From NCBI GenBank assembly GCA_024626585.2, contig JANKJI020000002.1, positions 171,694,600 to 171,715,125 on the forward strand: a stretch of 20,526 bases of DNA, written 5' to 3'. The notes below the pieces were generated by a model that had not been told where the DNA came from, did no database searches, and was given only the letters and a program-made list of their open reading frames with translations. The translations under genes and the position numbers were made by a program. This document shows, in pieces, positions 1 to 10,417 of this stretch; positions within the stretch are counted from its first letter, which is position 1, and the number at the start of each line of letters is the position of its first letter. Source of the stretch: Ginkgo biloba (lineage: Eukaryota > Plantae > Ginkgophyta).

Positions 1-651
1 TTAAAAAATAAAAGGCCTAAAAATGAAGATAATAACTTTGATGAATCATCTTCTGAGGAAGAAAAGGAACCACCCTCTTAAAAAATAATGTTTAATTTAA
101 AATAATATGCTAATGGATCAAAGGTTAAAATTGTTAATATTATGTCCTCCTTCGCCATATACCTTTTATAAGGATTCAAAAGGAAAAGGAACCAAAGTGA
201 TAAGAATGATTAGTTGTATATTAGTCAGATAACCTTAAGTTCTAGTAATAACAATATCTCTAATATAAAAAGAGGTTATTGCATCAACACCACCATTCAC
301 ATAGACCATGAAACTTCTTCTCTTGTTAAAAAATACATAACTATAGGACCCTCCCTTCATTATTAAAAAAACATATTGTGAAACCATGCGAGAGAGCCCT
401 ATTAGAGGAGAAGTTTACAGATTATAGCCTTAAATTAACAAAGAAAAGTACTACTAAATTTTTGATGAGATTCAATCTCTCTCTATTGGATGTCACTGAT
501 GTACATGCTTAAGAGTTGCTTGAATTAGAAAAGATATATTTTTTTTAAATTTTAAAGGAATCAACTATTGTCCTAAACAAGCCCATTAATATTTGACCTA
601 AATACCTTTCTAAATGAATAAGAGCAGCAAAAGAACCCATATTCTTCATTT

Positions 652-975
652 TTCATCCAAGTATACATTAGTGAATTTGGTGTGTTAAGATCCATAGTAT
701 ATTTTGGATGAATTTTGAACATCATGCCAAATATTGTTATGAAGCAACTTGGGATATAACACTTTAATATAACTACAAAGATGTGTTAAGGGTATGACAA
801 ATTAAAGAAATCAACTCTTGTCAAGACCTTGATTCTTATTACCTTAGAAGGAAAAATAATGATTGTGGAAGTGCTAGTCATAGAATAAAGCTAGAATATA
901 ATGTCTCATTAGGTCGATCATGGATAAATGAGACATGTGCTATACCCTCTTCTCTATTTAAAAAAATCATTTCCT
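652..975 (+). pseudogene. Retrotransposon aspartic protease remnant
   Basis: 661 onward reads VYISEFGVLRSIVYFG*ILNIMPNIVMKQLGI (cf. Tat/Ogre RVLVDxGSSLNIMP; the catalytic D is now Y at 700-702). 897 onward reads YNVSLGRSWINETCAIPSSLFKKI (cf. YNLLLGRPWIH...VPSTLHQKL). Confidence 0.85.
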
Positions 976-1623
976 ACACAATCCAAGTTCATATAGTAAA
1001 AATCAAGAAGAGAACATCTACCAAGGACACATATGCATCTCATNNNNNNNNNNNNNNNNNNNNNNNNNNNNNNNNNNNNNNNNNNNNNNNNNNNNNNNNN
1101 NNNNNNNNNNNNNNNNNNNNNNNNNNNNNNNNNNNNNNNNNNNNNNNNNNNNNNNNNNNNNNNNNNNNNNNNNNNNNNNNNNNNNNNNNNNNNNNNNNNN
1201 NNNNNNNNNNNNNNNNNNNNNNNNNNNNNNNNNNNNNNNNNNNNNNNNNNNNNNNNNNNNNNNNNNNNNNNNNNNNNNNNNNNNNNNNNNNNNNNNNNNN
1301 NNNNNNNNNNNNNNNNNNNNNNNNNNNNNNNNNNNNNNNNNNNNNNNNNNNNNNNNNNNNNNNNNNNNNNNNNNNNNNNNNNNNNNNNNNNNNNNNNNNN
1401 NNNNNNNNNNNNNNNNNNNNNNNNNNNNNNNNNNNNNNNNNNNNNNNNNNNNNNNNNNNNNNNNNNNNNNNNNNNNNNNNNNNNNNNNNNNNNNNNNNNN
1501 NNNNNNNNNNNNNNNNNNNNNNNNNNNNNNNNNNNNNNNNNNNNNNNNNNNNNNNNNNNNNNNNNNNNNNNNNNNNNNNNNNNNNNNNNNNNNNNNNNNN
1601 NNNNNNNNNNNNNNNNNNNNNNN

Positions 1624-2420
1624 CTATAATTCATTAAGGGAATAGACCCTAACGTAGTAACCCACAACATTACTATGAAGTCCTATTAGGTAGAATCAAT
1701 ATCCAATTGCCCTAAAATTGTTAACTACCATTAAAAAGGAAGTTGAAAAGTTGATTGATATTAGATCCATTACACCCATTGATTATCCATAATGGGTATT
1801 CAACTTAGTCATAGTCATGGAAAAGAATAAGCTAGTAAGAGTAAGCATTGAATTTCATAATGTCAACAAAGCATGCTCAAAGTGTAACTTTCCTTTACAT
1901 TTTGTTGATCAAGTTATATATCAAACACCTAGCTTTGAACTAATGTTACTAATGTATTACTTCTCTAGATATGATTATATTCTAATATCTTTAAAGGATC
2001 ACCACAAGACCTTCTTTCCAACACCTTAGGGGACATTTGACTATAAGGTTATGCCTTTTAGTAAAAATGTAGGAGCAACATATGAGAGCGATATGACCTT
2101 TATCTTTCACAACTTGATAAATTACATCCTTTAAGCATATGTTGATGACCTCCTTAGATTGTTTAGGAGAGGTTACCATCATATTGGTGATCTATGATTA
2201 ATTTTTAAGAGGTGTCAAAAATATCATATAAGCCTTAACCCTCTTAAGTGTGATTTTACCATCACCTTAGGAAAGATATTGGGGTATATATAGTTTTATA
2301 TTATGGTATAGAGGTTGATCTTGACAAGATCAAGGTAGTCCTTTAAATTCCACCTCTCAAGTTGAAAATTGAAATTAAAGCATTCTTAGGGAAACTTGGG
2401 TTCTTAAGGATATTTTTGGA
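1624..2420 (+). pseudogene. Reverse transcriptase remnant
   Basis: Motifs in order: GIDPNVVTHNI; EVEKLI...IDYP*WVFNLVIV; VRVSIEFHNVNKACSKCNFPL; KTFFPTP*GTFDYKVMPF; catalytic YVDD at 2138-2149; LNPLKC...GKILGYI; GIEVDLDKIK...AFLGKLGFLR. Includes the listed ORF 1817-2029. Confidence 0.95.
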
Positions 2421-2539
2421 TGATTTTAACTTAAAGGATAAGCCACTAACAAATATCCTTAAAAATAATGTCATTTTGAGTGGTCATAAAAAGCTCAAGA
2501 ACCCTATGAGTGGATGAGATAAGCATTCATTTTCATTTC

Positions 2540-3040
2540 TGTCCTCATGGACCCATAATTTGATAAGCTTTTCATCCTCTATACTTCAATAATTGAGTTC
2601 TCACTTTAGGCTGTACTTTCCTAGGAATATGACTAAGGTAAATAAATGAAAATGTATTTGATNNNNNNNNNNNNNNNNNNNNNNNNNNNNNNNNNNNNNN
2701 NNNNNNNNNNNNNNNNNNNNNNNNNNNNNNNNNNNNNNNNNNNNNNNNNNNNNNNNNNNNNNATTTGATCAGTTGAACTTTGATTTATTATGATATTAAC
2801 TACTCATGGGTTGAGAAATAATGTCTTGTGTTTATTTTTACAACACAGAAGCTAAGGAAATATTTACTCAATCAATAAACTAATGTCATAACCTAATCTG
2901 ATCCACTTATATTCTTATTCAATCAACCTAATATAATCAAATGAGCTAGGATATAGTCCATATTACTTTAAGAATTTAACTTTTAGATCACTAATAAAAA
3001 TTCTAAAAGGGTATGGTCATTGCAAAATAGATAACCAATG
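2540..3040 (+). pseudogene. Retrotransposon RNase H remnant
   Basis: Reads FDKLFILYTS...AVLS*E; NYSWVEK*CLVFIFTTQKLRKYLL; SDPL...ILL*EFNF. Interrupted by the gap at 2663-2762. Confidence 0.85.
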
Positions 3041-3229
3041 CTCCTTTACTAAATGAAAGCTTATTGATGATAAATTTATGGATGAACATATTCTCCAAAT
3101 TTAAATTTTGGATCATTAATAAAAAATGTAAAATAATTTGGTTGTTTTAGAATAGATAACTAATGACCCTTTACTAAATAAAGATCAAGGACCTATTGAT
3201 GATAAATTTTTGGATGAACATATTCTCCA
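2973..3229 (+). repeat. Head-to-tail tandem duplication (~125/132 bp) at the RNase H-integrase junction
   Basis: 2973-3097 and 3098-3229 share aatttaa.tttt.gatca.taataaaaa, aatagataac.aatg..cctttactaaat and tattgatgataaattt.tggatgaacatattctcca. Confidence 0.9.
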
Positions 3230-3260
3230 TATAGAGAAATAATTATTATATGAAGTCAAA

Positions 3261-4104
3261 TGATATGAGGATATCATCAAATATCTTTAAAAAAATGAAT
3301 ATTAAATCAATGATACCATAAAAGGAAGAAAATTTGAGCAACTATAATAAAATACATAATTTTAGAGGACATGCTAAAAGGTATTTTGATGGGGTTCAAT
3401 TACTATGATTTGATCTACTCAAATCATAAAAGGTATTATATAAGTATCATGATATATTATGTGGGGGGGATTTCATCAGACATACCACTACCCAAAATAT
3501 TTCATGAATGGGTTTCTTTTGGTTGATAATCTTTTAGGATTTCCATAAGCATGTTTGAAGTTGTCAAAAATATTAATTCTATGCAAAACAAATTCATAGG
3601 TTTGTAGAATATCTTAGATCAATATTTTCACTATGGCCTTTTTCTATTTGGTCATTGACATCATAGGTGCAACTCAAATTCCATCCTTAGATAAACATAA
3701 GTTTATATTTATATCCATATAATATTTTACTAAGTGGATGGAGGCCATTCCTCTAACAACAAGAAGTGGATATACAATTGATATGTCCATTCTTAATAAA
3801 ATAATTTTTCATTTTGGCATCTTTGATCTCATCGCCATAGATAATTGAAAATTATTTTACAAGTAATACATTAACAACCTTTGCCACAAACTTATGATCA
3901 ATCATGAGTCCTCTTATTCTTATTATCCCTAAGCAAATAGGCAATGTGAGGCCTTAAATAAGATAATAGTGAAAATATTATAGAAAGTGGTAAATGACAT
4001 ACATTTATATTAGCATCTTAAGATCTTTCCTACTCTTTGGGCATATAGAACCACCAACAAGACATCAACAACCACCATACCTTATGCCTTGATGTATGTA
4101 GTAA
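3261..4104 (+). pseudogene. Integrase remnant (zinc-binding region and catalytic core)
   Basis: Reads *YEDIIKYL; HDILCGGDF...MGFFWLIIF*DFHKHV*SCQK; WPFSIW; YFTKWMEAIPL; IIFHFGIFDLIAIDN; SYYP*ANRQCEALNKII; LWAYRTT...IPYALMY. Confidence 0.93.
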
Positions 4105-5290
4105 NNNNNNNNNNNNNNNNNNNNNNNNNNNNNNNNNNNNNNNNNNNNNNNNNNNNNNNNNNNNNNNNNNNNNNNNNNNNNNNNNNNNNNNNNNNNNNNN
4201 NNNNAAAATCCTTATCAAAGATCACCCAACTCTTTATGCACTAAGTTGGACTTCAACATATGTTAAAAGTAAAAGTAAAAAATATATGCATGGTTGCATT
4301 GGTCATTAATACTTACATAGATATAGTTTCATGTGATTGTTGTTGAAATGGAGTATTGTACATATTATTTTAGGAAACTATATCAATATTGGTAAAATAA
4401 TATACATATATTAAAAAATTAAAGGGAAGATTCTTACTTTAACTAACTNNNNNNNNNNNNNNNNNNNNNNNNNNNNNNNNNNNNNNNNNNNNNNNNNNNN
4501 NNNNNNNNNNNNNNNNNNNNNNNNNNNNNNNNNNNNNNNAATAGTATTATTAACTTTTGTGAATTCTCATAGAGACCAAGAACTTATCAATGTTAAAATA
4601 TCCACTATAGAAAATACCACAAGTATCTACCTTCAGCGAGCATAATTAATAAGAAATCTATAAAGACTAATATTTTTCTTATTACTTGTTCTATTCTACT
4701 TCAATTTCTTAATTAATAACAAAAATACAAGACAAGAACTAATAACTAACAATAAAGAAGAACTCATATCGCTGACAAATTACTAAGAGAAAAATTGACA
4801 GGAAGCCGATAGGGAAAGGAGCAATATTTGGTAGTGGCTAAATAAAGAAAATCATCATCGATAGGGAACGTCAGTTTGAAATCAACATTAACAACATAAT
4901 AATCAAGAGGTGACTGATGTGGTCAGAGAGGAATTAGGATAGGCTAATATCATTAGTGAGGGCATGAAGAGGACCGATGTCAATATGAGAAAAGAACATG
5001 ATTGACATCGACAGACAATGTCAGACAGGAAGAATTTGATGATAATAGAGGAAAGAAGGGAATGTTCGACGAAAAAGGTAGTTTTCGTCGAGCAAGATGT
5101 TTTTTTCATCAAATGATATAGTCATGTTCAATGAATGAACAATATAATTTGCAAGTATGGTTGGCAGAGAAATCGGTAATGGGACACTGACAAGGTTGGT
5201 AAAAAATAGATCGATATTGATAGGGTCTAGTAAATTAAAATGCCCGAATTAACATAATAGCAGTTGGAAGACTAAGTTAGACAATGATGA

Positions 5291-6387
5291 TGAGGGGGAA
5301 CACATACATCACTAACCAAGATTAATGCCTAAAAAGAGTGAGAAAAGATCCTTGAAAGGGTTGCGTGCAAGTAATCCTGAATTATGATATTATAACAGAC
5401 AGGCGAAGAAAGAGTGAAGCAAGGCATGGGGAAACATGCCGTGGTGAGCCAAGATTGGTTGGGAATCTGACATGTGATCAATGCATCCTTAGGAGGATAG
5501 AACCTTTGCTCCCACGCCAGGAGAAGAAAATTAGAACGAGTAGAGCACCAATTAGGGGATAGGGGATGGAAGCATTATACTAAGGAAGGGAGAGCATTAG
5601 ACAGAGGTAGTGTCGAGAGAAGGAGAACAAGATGCCTTCAGAGGAGATAACGACCAAGGCAGAGAGATGAGAAGAAGGAGAAGAGGCACTAAGTGAGGTA
5701 GCTTTGCGATTAGCAATAGGGCTTAAAATTCTTCGTCTGAGGGCTAAGTGGGGGCCAAGAACTAGTAGTAGTAACAGAGCGCTAAGTGCGAGAAAGTCAT
5801 AGGAGCATAGCAAGAGTAGAATAACGATTGATTTATCGAATTAGAGGTAGTCATAGGAGNNNNNNNNNNNATAGAGCTCAAAGAGAGGAAGATGGATAAT
5901 TTGATAAGAAAACTCTCCAAGAGGGAGGGCTTGGAGATTTGAGGTGTGAGTAGTGTTTAAACCCCAATAGGGGCATTATTATGTAATTTTTTATTTTGGT
6001 TGATAGGCCAGGGTAAACAAAAGGTTTGGGTTTTTCCTTATATGTATGCTTATATGGAAAATAGGCCATGGGCCAACTTGTGAATGAAAGGTTTTGAATT
6101 NNNNNNNNNNNNNNNNNNNNNNNNNNNNCGGTCCAAATTTAAATATAAAAGTTGGATTTTTCGAGCAAATGTCTTGTTAAGCACATGGGAGGACCTAAGT
6201 GCCTTTGAGATTATTTTTTCTAGGTTGTATTTTGGTGCAAGCTTACAACTTTGAGGGTTTCAATCTAGAGTAGACACCTTGAAGAGTTGGACCACCATGC
6301 AAAGGGGTGATAACACAGTCATAAGGGAAGCCATACAAGATCATAAAGGTGGGTGGTGTATGAGATATCACACACCGACTTGCATCA
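5291..6387 (+). repeat. LTR (~1.1 kb) of the non-autonomous family
   Basis: The 3' end TGCATCA (6381-6387) is where copies diverge: a PBS follows here, unrelated flank follows at 15926 and 8140. The 5' end TGAGGGGGAACAC aligns with TGATGGGGAACAC at 9896 (-), which follows a purine tract, giving TGATG...CATCA inverted termini. The 5' boundary is less certain than the 3' boundary. Confidence 0.75.
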
Positions 6388-6389
6388 TC

Positions 6390-6404
6390 TGGTATTAGAA
6401 TAAG
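6390..6404 (+). promoter_or_regulatory. Primer-binding site 1 (tRNA-iMet type), copy A
   Basis: TGGTATTAGAATAAG lies 2 nt after the LTR end. Copy B has TAGTATTAGAGCAAG (13763-13749). The plant tRNA-iMet PBS is TGGTATCAGAGCC. Confidence 0.8.
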
Positions 6405-6447
6405 TGGTACCATCATCTTTCCATCAAAGAAGATTGATACGGTTAGG

Positions 6448-6460
6448 TGGTATCAAATCC
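6448..6460 (+). promoter_or_regulatory. Second PBS-like site (tRNA-iMet type), copy A
   Basis: TGGTATCAAATCC. Copy B has CATCA-GG-TGGTATCAAAGCC (PBS at 13705-13693), 12/13 identical to TGGTATCAGAGCC. Confidence 0.7.
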
Positions 6461-6473
6461 TTATTCAAGGCTT

Positions 6474-8004
6474 ATGGAAGAAGCCACTACAAGAAGGAGT
6501 GAAGGTAAACCTTGAAGAAGAAAAGAGAATATGACTACTCATGGTGAAGAAGATAAAGCATAGAGTTGCTCGTAGAGAAGGAAGTTCCTCAAACAAAGAA
6601 GGGGCATAAGGTGCATTGGAGGAGACCTCATGAGTGAAAGCAATACCTTTGGTAGCTACACAGAGGTTGAAGTGCACCATGGAAAGGTGTCAATAGATAA
6701 GGGAGAGCTCATTTGCTAAATAACCAAGATGGCATTGAGAGACACTAAGGAGAGAAAAGTGATAGAGTTGAGAGAGATAAAGTGGCTAAAGAAAAGAATT
6801 ATTGAGATGGAAGCAGAGGAACAAGTTTGAGCCACATTGAAGAAGTTGTGAACATTAGGTAAATCCAAGAAGAGAATTCCCAGCAAGTAGGAGAAGAAGA
6901 AGGCAAGAGAAATCCAAGATGAAGATGAGGCATTGCAATTTATAGTTAGGGCATTCTTTGAAGGAAATGTTATAAGATCTCCCAATAGGGAAGAGAAGAG
7001 TGAAAAAGAAGAAGAAATTTTGATTGAAAAGGTCCTATATGAAGGACAAAAAGGGAAGGAACCCAAGGATGGGGTTTTAGTTCCTGAACAACATCCAAAT
7101 GACAAAGAGGAGACTTGGAGAGATACCCTAGAGAGGGTTATGGCGATCAACATGCAGCCTGGGGATGTTAGTGGACAAACGTCAGAAAATCCCATGGAAG
7201 GGCGTGAAGAAGAAGTTTGACATGATGGATGAGTGATGATAGATGATCCTATAGAGGAAATAAAAGAGAAAAAAGTCATGTATGAAGGACCAACATTAGG
7301 AGATCAGATGACAAGCCAAGGGGTAGAGGAACTAGTGGGAGTTCTATTTGAAGAGTAAGCTAATGAGGAGTTCGCAAATAAGCCCACACAAGGGTAAGGT
7401 GAATATTAGGATGTTGGTGATGTGGTGGCATATGAGCCAAATATTGACGTAGAAGACTTGGATGACACTGAGGCATGGTGTCCGTACGAGCCTATAGAGA
7501 GGCTTAATGATGAGGAGGTGGCAAAAGATAAGTCGTGCGAATTGGAGGAGCAAGCTCCATCTAAGGAAAGAGAGAAGACTATAACAACATGAAAGGATGC
7601 CATAAATTTATGGATTGATCGATCAACATAATGGCCAATGTATGGAGAGAACTAATAGAATGACGAGTCTGGAGAAGCATTGGAGGAGCAACGAGAAGTA
7701 TCAATACTGTATGAGGTTAGATTATCATTTAAATTTATGGTCGGAGACCTAGAGGTGGCTACAAGTGAAAGTAGCAGAGAGGGAACAACAAATATTTTCC
7801 ATGACATCTAAGAAGAGCTACTAGAAGTAGTAATGATATACGAGGGCCTAGAGAGTCAAAATAAAATAAAAATTATATTTTCTTGATTGTCTTGTAGGTG
7901 AAGATAGATTGGAGGTGCCGCTTATATAGGAGAAAAAATTAGATGCAATCATGCTTGGTAAGAAGCATGTGGAAATTGAGGGCGACGATGTGGTACTGCC
8001 TCAT
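6474..8004 (+). pseudogene. Decayed Glu/Lys-rich ORF of unknown function in the LTR element's internal domain (copy A)
   Basis: One GAA/GAG-rich frame runs from 6474 (ATG conserved in both copies at 6630) to ~7886 without a frameshift and includes ORF 6933-7220. It then shifts frame at an A-tract. Several stop codons are sense codons in copy B. Confidence 0.65.
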
Positions 8005-8104
8005 NNNNNNNNNNNNNNNNNNNNNNNNNNNNNNNNNNNNNNNNNNNNNNNNNNNNNNNNNNNNNNNNNNNNNNNNNNNNNNNNNNNNNNNNNNNNNNNN
8101 NNNN

Positions 8105-8140
8105 CAATGATTTAAATAATTCTCTACATAGGTTGGATAA
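8105..8140 (+). repeat. Insertion flank (PPR-like sequence), inverted copy of 15926-15961
   Basis: Reverse complement ttatccaacctatgtagagaattatttaaatcattg versus ttatctaacctatgtagagaattatttaaatcatta at 15926. Confidence 0.85.
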
Positions 8141-9105
8141 CAATGCAGGTCGATGTGGAATATCTCACAGATCGCCTTCCTCCAGGATCTTCTACGACTT
8201 CCCTTAGGACTATGTTGTTGTCCCTTTGTGCGGTGGTCCAAATCTTCTAGGTGTCCTCTCCATATTTAAACCCTCAAATCTGTAAGCTTGCACCAAAATA
8301 CAACTTGGAAAAAATAATCTCAAAGGTATGCAAGTCCTCCCATGTGCTTAGCAAGACATTTTCTTGAAAAATCCAACTTTTACATTTAAATTTGGCCCAC
8401 TGGCCTAGTTATACATTGCATATATGAAATTCAAAACCTTCTGTATACAATTTGGCCCATGACCTATTTTCCAACCTAACACATATATGAGAAAAAACCA
8501 AAACTTCCATTTTCTCTGGCCTACTAGCCAAAATAAAAAATTACATACAGATTCCACTGCTGGGGTTTAAACATTATTCACACCTCAAATCTCCAAGACC
8601 TCCCTTTTAGAGGGTTTTCTTATAAAATTATCCAACTGCCTCTTTCAACGCTCTGTTGGGGTTCCTTAATTCTTCCACGACTACCTCTGATTTAGCAAAT
8701 TGGTCATTATTTTTCTCTTCCTCTACTCCCACAACTCCCTCACACTCAACGCTCTATTAATATTATTAGTTCTTGGCCCCTACTCGGCCCTCAAAAAATT
8801 AATTCTCATCCCCCTTATTATTGCAGAGTTTTCTCACTTGATTCCTCTTCTCCTTCTTCTCGTCTCTTTGCCTTGGCTGCTATCTCCTCCAAGGGCTTCC
8901 CGTTCTCCTTCTCTCAGCACTACCTCTTCCTAGTGCTCTCCCTTCCTTGGCGTAACCCTTCTGGCCACTATCCCCTTCCTTGGTGATCTACCCAGTCTAA
9001 TTTTCTCCTCCTGGCATGGGCATGAAGGTTTTGTCCTCCTAAGGATGCATTGATCACATGTTAGATTGTCATCCAATCTTGGCTCACCACGGCATACTGG
9101 CCCAT
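8141..9105 (-). repeat. 5'-truncated LTR of the same family
   Basis: Reverse complement aligns with 5425-6387; roughly the first 135 bp of the LTR are missing. Confidence 0.88.
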
Positions 9106-9447
9106 CCATACTAATTAGTCAAATAAGTCTTGATTAATATGTATATATTCAGTCAAACAAATATTTGTATGTAATCATGTCACTTGAGTCATTCCTACGT
9201 ATTAACTATATTGACTTAAATGCATGTACAAATTGATTGAGTTACTTTAATACATACAAATTGATTAAATACAAATACGAATTAACTAAGTTCATGTGAT
9301 ATGCATATTGAATTTACAAGTAGTGTCTTGCATTATAGTTAATTCAAGTCAACCCAGTATAAGAAACTCAATATTAAAAAATCAGTACTCAGTCAACTCT
9401 ATTCTCATTCATCTTAGTGCTTAGTCAACTCAGTATAAGTCAATCTA
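9106..9447. repeat. AT-rich degenerate repeat built on AGTCAA / TACAAATTGATT / CAGTATAAG motifs
   Basis: AGTCAA at 9117, 9151, 9347, 9391, 9423 and 9438, and TTGACT at 9211. TACAAATTGATT and CAGTATAAG each occur twice. Confidence 0.55.
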
Positions 9448-9899
9448 NNNNNNNNNNNNNNNNNNNNNNNNNNNNNNNNNNNNNNNNNNNNNNNNNNNNN
9501 NNNNNNNNNNNNNNNNNNNNNNNNNNNNNNNNNNNNNNNNNNNNNNNGTTCTCCTTATCTCAGCACTACCTCTTCCTAGTGCTCTCCCTTCCTTAGTATA
9601 ACCCTTCTGGCCACTATCCCCTTCCTTGGAGCTATACCCCTTCTAATTTTCTCCTCCTCGCATGGGTGCAAAGGTTCTATCCTCTAAAGGATGCATTAAT
9701 CACCTATTAGATTCCCTACCAATCTTGGCTTGCCACGACATGTTGGCCCATGCCTTACACCACTCTTCCATCATCTTCTATCTCCTAGCCATTTTAATGC
9801 CATAATTTAGGGTTACTTGCATGCAACCCTTTCGAGGCTCTTTTCCTGCCCTTTTTAGGCATTAGTTTTGGTTGGTGAGGTAGGTGTTCCCCATCAGTG

Positions 9900-9908
9900 T
9901 CCTCCTTT
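9900..9908 (-). promoter_or_regulatory. Putative polypurine tract
   Basis: AAAGGAGGA-CAC-TGATG on the - strand. It is short, and degraded in copy A. Confidence 0.55.
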
Positions 9909-10417
9909 AACTTAGTCTTTCAATTACTATTTCCTGGACCCTATCGATATTGGCCTATTTTTCCTTGGCCTTGTCAGTGTCCCATCACCTTCTTCTTTGC
10001 CAACCATGCTTGTAAATTGCACTATTAATTTTTCAAACATGACTGTGTCATTTGACGAACAAAATATCCCGCTCGATGACCACTACCTTGTTCGTCGCAC
10101 ATTCCCTTCTTTCCTCTATTGTTGTCAGATTCTTCATGTTCTACATTATTTGTTGATGTCGATCATATTCATTCCTCATGTCAGTGTTATTCCTCTTCAT
10201 GTCCTCACCGATGATGTTAGCCTACCCTATTTTCTCTTTGACCATGTTGGTCACCTCTTGATTATTACGTCATTGATGTTGATTTTAAACTGATATGCCC
10301 TATTGAAGATGTCATCCATACNNNNNNNNNNNNNNNNNNNNNNNNNNNNNNNNNNNNNNNNNNNNNNNNNNNNNNNNNNNNNNNNNNNNNNNNNNNNNNN
10401 NNNNNNNNNNNNNNNNN

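Larger units (their letters stand above)
1..4104 (+). mobile_element. Degenerate Ty3/gypsy LTR retrotransposon internal region (non-chromovirus, Tat/Ogre-like), pol pseudogene; LTRs not visible
   Basis: Manual translation gives protease, RT, RNase H and integrase motifs in gypsy order, with many in-frame stops and frameshifts. Bases 1-650 are assigned only by position (pre-protease region). The relic ends at the gap at 4105. Confidence 0.93.
4755..8004 (+). mobile_element. Unclassified non-autonomous LTR element, copy A (3' internal end + LTR + PBS + 5' internal region)
   Basis: 4755-5628 matches the reverse complement of ~10450-9548; 5425-6387 matches that of 9105-8141; 6298-8004 matches that of 13855-12150. 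Confidence 0.85.

Noticed and set aside
954-1670. Long listed ORFs containing X runs (also 13710-14544, 14992-15225, 15552-15933, 16849-17190 and others)
   Set aside because: Artefacts of translating through N gaps.
5580-5813. Leu/Ser-rich signal-peptide-like ORFs (5580-5813 - and 8700-8933 +)
   Set aside because: Both lie antisense within the purine-rich LTR, and the hydrophobic composition follows from the base bias.
1-6387. LTR 5291-6387 being the 3' LTR of the Tat-like pol element
   Set aside because: Its upstream sequence matches the non-autonomous family's own internal domain, a PBS follows it, and two gaps plus unrelated AT-rich DNA separate it from the integrase. No link is visible.
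6716-7279. 187-aa Ser/Phe-rich ORF on the - strand and its homologue 12959-13492 (+, 177 aa), both uninterrupted
   Set aside because: These are antisense shadows of the Glu/Lys-rich frame. The pyrimidine-rich strand rarely forms stops and the two start points differ. The same applies to 7406-7603, 10719-11066, 11743-12124 and 12350-12662.
7878-7899. Possible 3' splice acceptor TTTTCTTGATTGTCTTGTAG|GT in the orphan ORF
   Set aside because: Copy B reads through this site in frame (KKKLCLIDYLVGEDRL), so the break in copy A is better explained by an A-tract frameshift.
8615-8630. TATA-like TTTTATAAGAAAA within the LTR (- strand)
   Set aside because: It is altered in copy A (TTTGATAAG) and other TATA-like words exist in the LTR, so the promoter cannot be assigned.
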